Shown here one piece after another: positions 57,749 through 64,000 of a stretch of DNA of 64,000 nucleotides. Position 1 is the stretch's first letter; each line of letters opens with the position of its first letter. The stretch is from an uncultured Clostridia bacterium (GTDB lineage: Bacteria; Bacillota; Clostridia; Christensenellales; UBA1242), in the NCBI GenBank assembly GCA_947366545.1, contig CANBAL010000001.1, forward strand, positions 122,504 to 186,503. The letters run 5' to 3'. The position numbers were made by a program, and so were the translations under genes. A model generated the notes under the pieces. That model was not told the DNA's origin. It was given only the letters and a program-made list of their open reading frames with translations, and made no database searches.

Positions 57749-58216
57749 ATGATAGAATTTCGTGGAGAATTGTCACATAATAGTAAAATGCATCTTATAA
57801 GATTAGAAAAGAGAACCCTCTTGCTATCTGCACTTATTGTTGATTTAATTGCTAGTATTCCCATAATATGCCTAACCATATATTTTGATTGGATATTCGC
57901 ACTTGCATTTTTTCCTCTCCTTATACTCATGCTAATATCTATAATCCCTCTAAATGAAAAAAGATGCAATTTAATATTTCCAACAACCATCTTTATAAAA
58001 GATGATATAATAATATGTATAGGAAAGGAATTTAAAGTTTCAAATCAAGTCGATTCAGTTAAAAAAATAATTGACTATGGTGACTGGTATCATATAATTT
58101 TTAAATTTCCACACAAAAGTTTGAGATTTTTATGTCAAAAAGATTTATTAGTAGAAGGAAGCCTTGCAAATTTTGAAGCTCTTTTTGAAAACAAAATAGT
58201 TCGAGTAAAGTTGTAA
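57749..58216 (+). CDS. Two-TM membrane protein with a small soluble C-terminal domain (155 aa)
   Basis: GGAGGG lies upstream. Two hydrophobic helices fall at about aa 25-75. Confidence 0.55.
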   Translation: MIEFRGELSHNSKMHLIRLEKRTLLLSALIVDLIASIPIICLTIYFDWIFALAFFPLLILMLISIIPLNEKRCNLIFPTTIFIKDDIIICIGKEFKVSNQVDSVKKIIDYGDWYHIIFKFPHKSLRFLCQKDLLVEGSLANFEALFENKIVRVKL

Positions 58217-58305
58217 ATTTTAACAAAATAAAAAGCGGATGAACTTCCCGCTTTTTTATTTTGTTTTTGTCCGCCTTTATATTAAAATTGAACTTGGAGG
58301 TACTC

Positions 58306-58938
58306 ATGAAAAAGAAGGGAATTTTTATTACATTTGAAGGTGGAGAGGCTGTTGGAAAGACAACTCAAATTGCTTTGCTTCAAAATTATTTAGAGAAAAA
58401 GTTGCCAAACAAAGTGGTGTTTGTGCATGAGCCTGGCGGCACTACCCTTGGCGAAAAAATAAGAAACCTACTTTTGACCGATGAAAATGTAAAAATGTGT
58501 GGCAAGGCAGAACTTTTACTTTTTATGGCATCCCGTGTGGAATTATACGAAAAAGTAATTAAAAAGGCCTTAAAAGAAGGCAAAATCGTCATTGCCGACA
58601 GGTATTATGACTCCACTGTGGCTTACCAAGGCAGTGCAAGAAAGATTATGGATAAAGAGGAAATCCTTGCAATCAACAAATTCTTTTTGGATGGACTGAC
58701 GCCAGATTTAACAATCTACCTAAAAATGCCAGCAGAAAAAGCATTTCTAAGGAAAGGCAACGCAAGCCTTGATAAGATAGAACTAGAAGGTATGGATTTT
58801 CACCATGCAGTATCAAAAGGGTATGACTTTATGGCAAAAAAAGAGCCTGAGCGTTTCTTTACAATAGATGCCTCAAAATCCATAGAGGATATACACAACA
58901 TGATTGTAAATAAGGTGGATGAACTTATCAAAAAATAG
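58306..58938 (+). CDS. tmk: Thymidylate kinase
   Basis: I set the start at MKKKGIFITFEGGEAVGKTTQ (GGAGG SD). A DRY motif (IADRYYDS) is present. Confidence 0.92.
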   Translation: MKKKGIFITFEGGEAVGKTTQIALLQNYLEKKLPNKVVFVHEPGGTTLGEKIRNLLLTDENVKMCGKAELLLFMASRVELYEKVIKKALKEGKIVIADRYYDSTVAYQGSARKIMDKEEILAINKFFLDGLTPDLTIYLKMPAEKAFLRKGNASLDKIELEGMDFHHAVSKGYDFMAKKEPERFFTIDASKSIEDIHNMIVNKVDELIKK

Positions 58939-58977
58939 TCACAACATGTGACTATTTTTGTTTTCATAAACTTTTTC

Positions 58978-59014
58978 TTGACAAACTCCCCCCCCCACGC
59001 CGTATACTTATAAT
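58978..59014 (+). promoter_or_regulatory. Promoter with a C9 homopolymer between the -35 and -10 boxes
   Basis: TTGACA (58978-58983), AACT, C9 (58988-58996), ACGCCG, TATACT (59003-59008), with TATAAT at 59009-59014. The spacers are 19 and 25 nt. Confidence 0.55.
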
Positions 59015-59042
59015 GACTTAAAAAACAAAAAGGGAGGATAGT

Positions 59043-59795
59043 ATGAAAAAAGTTTTTAAAAGTCTAGTAGTGGGAGCCCTTGCAATTCCATGTGCATTAC
59101 TTTGCACAGCCTGCGGCACTGATAATTCAGTAAAGGTAGACACAAGTGGAGATTGGAAACCAATTGATAAAACAAGTGCTTATACCGAAGTTTCAACCAT
59201 ACCAACTGAGAATTTAGACTTTGACGGGCTTAGGTTTACAATTAAACAAGAGATGGAAGGTCAAGGACAAAAAGCCACAATTACCATGAACGGAATGGCT
59301 TTATACAATGGACAAAACGTTGATTTTAAAATGGACATGACGGTGGCAGCATCCGGAAAAAGCGAAACCATGCATATGTATTTGAATGAAAACATTTTGT
59401 ACATAAATGCCATGAATCAAAAATACAAAGTTACTTTTGGAAGCAGTGATACTGATTTTGATCAATATATTGAAATGGTACCAGATGCAGAGTTTGTAAC
59501 AGGCGCAATAGAGCAAATGCAAAATGCCATTTTAGACAGTCAAAAGTCTGAGGTTGACGGTGTGACAAAATACTACTTCAAACTTGATGGCGATCAAATG
59601 GCAGAGGCAGCAGACATGACATTTGAGGAATGGATTGTATTAAAGGACGGCAAATTTGATAGTTTCAAAATAATTACAAGTGGTGTTATGCAAGGTTTCT
59701 CAACCAAGATTACTATGGACATGGAAAAATACACTGGCACTATTGATTTCCCAAGTTTTGACGGCTATGTTGATATGGGCTCTATGGTTGGTTAA
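59043..59795 (+). CDS. Putative secreted lipoprotein (250 aa)
   Basis: GGGAGGA SD. The signal peptide MKKVFKSLVVGALAIPCALLCTAC-G carries a lipobox-like TAC. Confidence 0.7.
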   Translation: MKKVFKSLVVGALAIPCALLCTACGTDNSVKVDTSGDWKPIDKTSAYTEVSTIPTENLDFDGLRFTIKQEMEGQGQKATITMNGMALYNGQNVDFKMDMTVAASGKSETMHMYLNENILYINAMNQKYKVTFGSSDTDFDQYIEMVPDAEFVTGAIEQMQNAILDSQKSEVDGVTKYYFKLDGDQMAEAADMTFEEWIVLKDGKFDSFKIITSGVMQGFSTKITMDMEKYTGTIDFPSFDGYVDMGSMVG

Positions 59796-59804
59796 AAATT
59801 AAAA

Positions 59805-59836
59805 ATAAAAAAGCATATCGTTTGATATGCTTTTTT
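59805..59836. terminator. Bidirectional terminator
   Basis: Stem AAGCATATC/GATATGCTT flanked by A and T runs, between convergent genes. Confidence 0.75.
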
Positions 59837-59843
59837 ATTTAAA

Positions 59844-62471
59844 TTATTTTCTTGGGTTTTTGATGTTTGCTTGTGCAGCTGCAAGGCGTGCAATTGGCAC
59901 TCTGTATGGGCTGCAAGAAACATAGGTAAGCCCTACATTATGGCAGAACTCAACAGAAGATGGGTCCCCGCCATGTTCGCCGCAAATACCGAGTTTGATA
60001 TCAGGTCTTGTCGCTCTTCCGAGGTCACAAGTCATTTTTACAAGTTTGCCAACGCCATTTTGATCAAGACGAGCAAATGGATCACTCTCAAAAAGTTTCT
60101 TAGCATAATAAACATCAAGGAATTTACCAGCATCGTCACGACTGAAACCATAGGTCATTTGGGTAAGATCGTTTGTACCGAATGAGAAGAACTCAGCGTA
60201 CTGTGCAATTTGGTCGGCAGTAACAGCAGCACGAGGAATCTCAATCATAGTTCCTATCTTATAGTGCATATCCACGCCCTTCTTTGCGATGATTTCATCA
60301 GCCTTATTAGCAACTATATCACGCACATATTTAAACTCTTTACTATCACAAGAAAGTGGAATCATGATTTCAGGAACGATTTCATAGCCCTCACTCTTGC
60401 TAACCTCTATAGCGGCCTCAATAACAGCCTGAGTTTGCATTTCAGCAATTTCTGGATAGGTAACAGCAAGTCTAAGTCCACGGTGTCCCATCATTGGGTT
60501 GAACTCATGAAGGTCAGCCACTGTTTGTTTAAGTCTATCAAATGTGATGCCCATCTCTTTTGCAAGCACTTTGATTTCAGCATCATCATGTGGTAGGAAT
60601 TCATGAAGTGGTGGGTCAAGAAAACGGATTGTTACGGCTTTGCCCTTCATTGCCTTGTAAATTCCTTTAAAGTCTTTCTTTTGCATTGGAAGGATTTTAG
60701 CGAGTGCTTTCTTTCTCTCTTCAACTGAAGTAGATACAATCATTTCACGCACTGCCATAATTCTATCAGCCTCAAAGAACATATGCTCTGTTCTGCAAAG
60801 ACCTACGCCCTCTGCACCAAAATCAAATGCTGTTTTAGCATCTCTTGGATTATCAGCGTTTGTACGCACTTGAAGTTTGCGGTACTTGTCAGCCCATTCC
60901 ATGATAGTTGCAAATTCACCAGAAATTTTTGCAGGCTCAGTTGCAATTTCGCCGTCATAGATTTTTCCAGTAGAGCCATCAAAGGAGATTACATCACCCT
61001 CTTTGTATTTCTTTCCATTAAGTGTGAAGGATTTTTCATCTTCTGCAAATTTAATTGCACTGCATCCTGCAACGCAGGCAGTACCCATACCTCTTGCTAC
61101 AACAGCAGCGTGAGAAGTCATACCACCTCTTGCAGTTAAGATACCTTGGCTCGCAGCCATACCTTCAATATCTTCAGGAGAAGTTTCAAGACGAACAAGT
61201 ACTACCTTACCTTTCTTTCCGCCTTGCTCTTTTGCTTTTTCAGCGGTAAATACAATTTTACCACAAGCAGCACCAGGAGATGCAGGAAGCGCCTCAGCAA
61301 TTACTTTTGCTTTCTTAAGCGCGGTTGCCTCAAATTGTGGGTGCAAAAGTGCATCAAGTTGTTTAGGGTCAAGCATCATAAGTGCTTCTTTCTCAGTGAT
61401 AAGTTTCTCGTTAACAAGGTCAACGGCAATTTTAAGAGCTGCTTTTGCAGTTCTCTTGCCATTTCTTGTTTGAAGCATATAGAGTTTGCCATTTTCGATA
61501 GTGAACTCCATATCTTGCATATCTTTGTTGTGACGCTCAAGTTTCTTTGCGATTTCCACAAACTGTTTGTAAACAGCAGGGTTTTGCTGCTCAAGAGTAG
61601 AAATAGCAAGTGGAGTTCTAATTCCAGCAACAACATCCTCTCCTTGTGCGTTCATAAGATATTCACCATAAAGTTTGTTTTCACCAGTAGATGGGTTTCT
61701 TGTGAAGGCAACGCCTGTACCACTTTCCTCACCCATGTTACCAAATACCATTGATTGAACATTTACAGCAGTACCCCAGTCATATGGAATGTCATGCATT
61801 CTTCTATAAACATTTGCTCTATCATTGTCCCAAGAACGGAATACGGCCTTAACTGCCTCAACAAGTTGAACCTTAGGCTCTTGAGGGAATTCCTCGCCTT
61901 GTGCTTTCTTGTAAAGGTCTTTGAAAAGCTTTACGATTTCCTTAAGGTCATCAGCAGTAAGATCTTTATCATATTGTACCTTTTTCTTTGTTTTGATTTG
62001 GTCTAAGATTTTTTCATATTTAGATTTTTCTTGTTGCATAACAACATCACTAAACATTTGAATAAAGCGTCTGTAAGAGTCATATGCAAAACGTGGATTA
62101 CCAGTAAGGCGAGCCAACCCCTCAACAACCTCGTCATTAAGTCCAAGGTTAAGGATTGTGTCCATCATACCAGGCATAGATACTCTTGCGCCAGAACGCA
62201 CTGAAACAAGAAGAGGATTCTCTACACTGCCAAATTGTTTGCCAGTAGTTTTTTCAAGCAATGCCAAGTTCTTGGTGATTTGCTCTAGTATTGCGTCATT
62301 GATTTTTCTTCCATCTTTATAGTACTGTGTACAAGCCTCAGTGGAAATAATAAAACCTTGTGGCACTGGAAGTCCGAGTTTGGTCATCTCAGCAAGATTT
62401 GCACCTTTTCCACCAAAGAGTGCCTTGTTTTTACCATCTGCTTCTTTAAATGAGTAAACAAATTTTTTCAT
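59844..62471 (-). CDS. ppdK: Pyruvate, phosphate dikinase
   Basis: 875 aa with GGKGANLAEM, the phospho-His loop GGMTSHAAVVARG and the C-terminal PEP/pyruvate domain (FFSFGTNDLTQ and YVSCSP). Confidence 0.96.
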   Translation of the reverse strand: MKKFVYSFKEADGKNKALFGGKGANLAEMTKLGLPVPQGFIISTEACTQYYKDGRKINDAILEQITKNLALLEKTTGKQFGSVENPLLVSVRSGARVSMPGMMDTILNLGLNDEVVEGLARLTGNPRFAYDSYRRFIQMFSDVVMQQEKSKYEKILDQIKTKKKVQYDKDLTADDLKEIVKLFKDLYKKAQGEEFPQEPKVQLVEAVKAVFRSWDNDRANVYRRMHDIPYDWGTAVNVQSMVFGNMGEESGTGVAFTRNPSTGENKLYGEYLMNAQGEDVVAGIRTPLAISTLEQQNPAVYKQFVEIAKKLERHNKDMQDMEFTIENGKLYMLQTRNGKRTAKAALKIAVDLVNEKLITEKEALMMLDPKQLDALLHPQFEATALKKAKVIAEALPASPGAACGKIVFTAEKAKEQGGKKGKVVLVRLETSPEDIEGMAASQGILTARGGMTSHAAVVARGMGTACVAGCSAIKFAEDEKSFTLNGKKYKEGDVISFDGSTGKIYDGEIATEPAKISGEFATIMEWADKYRKLQVRTNADNPRDAKTAFDFGAEGVGLCRTEHMFFEADRIMAVREMIVSTSVEERKKALAKILPMQKKDFKGIYKAMKGKAVTIRFLDPPLHEFLPHDDAEIKVLAKEMGITFDRLKQTVADLHEFNPMMGHRGLRLAVTYPEIAEMQTQAVIEAAIEVSKSEGYEIVPEIMIPLSCDSKEFKYVRDIVANKADEIIAKKGVDMHYKIGTMIEIPRAAVTADQIAQYAEFFSFGTNDLTQMTYGFSRDDAGKFLDVYYAKKLFESDPFARLDQNGVGKLVKMTCDLGRATRPDIKLGICGEHGGDPSSVEFCHNVGLTYVSCSPYRVPIARLAAAQANIKNPRK

Positions 62472-62570
62472 ATTTTCTCTCCTTTTTTTACTACTGAAAT
62501 AGTATAAAATAAAGTAAAAAAATACGCAAATGAATTGCGTATGAATATGATAAATTTTGATAGGATTTTA

Positions 62571-63140
62571 TCAATAACCCGTTCTTATTTCTGATATTAC
62601 TACATTCTCTTTATTGATTCCAAGTTTGCAATCGTAAACACCAAACTCTACAATCACATCATAAAGTTCATGGTCAGAAATATAGCGTGCAATTTTATCA
62701 AAGCCGTTTATTTTCCACACCCTATCTTCGTCTAGTGATGCGTGAAGGTTATATTCTGGCTCTTCATAAATATTGCGATGTGTTGCCTCACTATCGCTGC
62801 GTGCAGTTAAGTCCACCGTGCCAGCACCATAATTTCGGCTTATCTTTATATCACCCATAAGCACAATATCTTCTTTATATGGTCTGTATGATACAACTAC
62901 AGTCACCTCAGTTTTAAACTTTGGAAGTAGTTTTTCTGCCTCTTCATAGTTTTTCACAAAATAAAATTTTGCCTTGGTACGATTAGGGTTTCTAAGGACA
63001 TATTCCTCCGCCTTATACTTATCAAAAAACTTCTTTATTCCTTTCTTGTCTGTCACAGAAAAGATGTCAACAGGAAAATGATTAAGCCCAAGTTCCTTAA
63101 TCTTTATAATTGCATCCTTTTTGTCTTTTATTGTTATCAT
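62571..63140 (-). CDS. Hypothetical protein (189 aa)
   Basis: Its start lies 3 nt after the stop of the upstream 87-aa ORF. It is followed by the terminator ATACGCAA/TTGCGTAT at about 62514-62543. Confidence 0.6.
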   Translation of the reverse strand: MITIKDKKDAIIKIKELGLNHFPVDIFSVTDKKGIKKFFDKYKAEEYVLRNPNRTKAKFYFVKNYEEAEKLLPKFKTEVTVVVSYRPYKEDIVLMGDIKISRNYGAGTVDLTARSDSEATHRNIYEEPEYNLHASLDEDRVWKINGFDKIARYISDHELYDVIVEFGVYDCKLGINKENVVISEIRTGY

Positions 63141-63143
63141 CTT

Positions 63144-63407
63144 TTATCCCTGTAAGCCGTTTGCTTGACGCACCATGTCTTCCACAACTATGTCGTAAAT
63201 TTCTCCAAGTGTGGCACAATATTCAAGCACCTGCCAAGGCTTATTTGTGTGGAAATGGATTTTAATTAATTCCTCATCCCCAACAGCCAAAAGGCAGTCA
63301 CCCTCAAAATGAGTATTGAAATATTCGCGAATAGCATCTTCGCTTAAATTTTTTCCCTCAATCAAAAGTTGTGTGTCATATCTGTAGTCAATTACTTCAT
63401 CTTCCAT
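63144..63407 (-). CDS. Stand-alone 87-aa protein resembling the central domain of FakA/YloV (DAK2-fusion) proteins
   Basis: The sequence ..TQLLIEG....E..IREYF....GD.LLAVGDEELIKIHFHTN.P..VLEY....GEIYDIVVEDM..Q parallels the CTEF..-GDSL.VV.D....KVH.HT..P-IENM block. It has its own AAGGAG SD and a TGCTATACT -10 element. Confidence 0.6.
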   Translation of the reverse strand: MEDEVIDYRYDTQLLIEGKNLSEDAIREYFNTHFEGDCLLAVGDEELIKIHFHTNKPWQVLEYCATLGEIYDIVVEDMVRQANGLQG

Positions 63408-63499
63408 AATTTTCTCCTTATGTTAATAGTATAGCATTTCATCAAAAAAAATAAAAATAAATTGACTATTTAAATAAAAAAGACCTTAAAAAGGTCTTT

Positions 63500-64000
63500 C
63501 TAACTTTGTTCATCCTCTGTTTTCTTTGCAAGACGCGTTTTCTCTTCTTCACGAATACGCTTTCTCGCTTCTTTAAGTTTTGCCTTTGCGTCTTCCTCAG
63601 AAAGAATATTATCTTCGCTTATCACATGGTCGGTGTCAATAAACATATACTTATCGCCGGTATACATTTTCACGATCTCTGGCTCGCCACTATAAAACTT
63701 TGGTGCAGTGGCAAATTCGTATGGAAGAAAAGTTAAATCATCACGCATAAGTTTCCAACCTTCATGTATGTCTTGTCTTACGGCAGCAATGTTCCCATTA
63801 AATGGTTTCGCATCAATAAAATCAATGTCAATTAAATCATGTGTATTTGAATCTAAGTAAGTTTTTCCTTCTATAATAGTCACAAGTCTCAATGAACATT
63901 GAGAATTTCTGGCTGTGGCGGGCAAACTATATGGCAGACGCGAACTTCTCCCCTCGCAACCTATATAAACCAAATCCCCACCTTTCAAAATCCCTCGTCC
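63500..64000 (-). CDS. WG-repeat-like protein with a charged helical tail (5' end lies outside the window)
   Basis: The frame is open to the window edge, so the tracked TTG at 63988 is not a proven start. It contains AKPFNGNIAAVRQDIHEGWKLM, a WG-repeat-like unit. The terminator is at 63474-63499. Confidence 0.6.
   Translation of the reverse strand, partial: GRGILKGGDLVYIGCEGRSSRLPYSLPATARNSQCSLRLVTIIEGKTYLDSNTHDLIDIDFIDAKPFNGNIAAVRQDIHEGWKLMRDDLTFLPYEFATAPKFYSGEPEIVKMYTGDKYMFIDTDHVISEDNILSEEDAKAKLKEARKRIREEEKTRLAKKTEDEQS

Noticed and set aside
57130-57990. A 286-aa minus-strand ORF overlapping the oxidoreductase gene and the next plus-strand membrane gene.
   Set aside because: It is antisense to two well-supported genes and has a Cys/Phe/Ile-rich nonsense-like composition with no SD. 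Long antisense frames are expected opposite purine-rich coding strands.

Overview
This is a low-GC (about 35-37% by eye) bacterial chromosomal segment using the standard code; TGA acts as a stop, for example at the end of uvrC. All product calls come from motifs I recognise by eye, because no database search was possible. The gene content and synteny fit a Bacillota/Clostridia-like lineage. Evidence includes the mrnC-rlmB-sigH cluster, HelD, a DUF1540-like protein, PPDK and the rpmE-(DUF1385)-prmC-prfA neighbourhood.

I support about 65 protein genes and one tRNA (initiator tRNA-fMet). I saw no rRNA, CRISPR array, transposase or integrase. Most of the window is housekeeping:
- Translation: rplA, rplK, rpmG, rplI, rpmE, rpsR, rpsF, prfA, argS, metG, hisS, ychF.
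- Transcription: nusG, sigH, helD.
- Secretion: secE, secA.
- Replication and repair: dnaX, ybaB, recR, ssb, gyrB, gyrA, uvrC.
- Metabolism: tpiA, pgk, tmk, thyA, ppdK.

Gene polarity flips sharply at about 31.5 kb. Genes at 5.9-31.5 kb are almost all on the minus strand, and genes at 31.7-53.7 kb are almost all on the plus strand.

Lineage-specific material sits between the housekeeping blocks:
- a very large (>1470 aa) repetitive surface protein;
- a DUF4116-repeat protein;
- two very large orphan proteins (678 aa and 1329 aa);
- small tandem paralogues and GW/WG-repeat proteins;
- an orphan CI/Cro-like regulator pair.

The signals most worth follow-up are:
1. dnaX ends at an A9 run, and its -1 frame runs straight into the ORF that occupies the position of the tau C-terminus. 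This is a candidate for programmed slippage, or a homopolymer sequencing error.
2. Two promoters each carry a C9 tract between the -35 and -10 boxes, upstream of envelope proteins. These are candidate phase-variable promoters.
3. A dense DnaA-box cluster with three perfect boxes lies upstream of hisS.
4. A degenerate DUF1385 membrane domain is fused to PrmC, next to an autonomous thyA cassette.
5. A single in-frame TAA separates two adjacent ORFs at 19.9 kb.

I did not find a recognisable multi-gene defence or mobile system.
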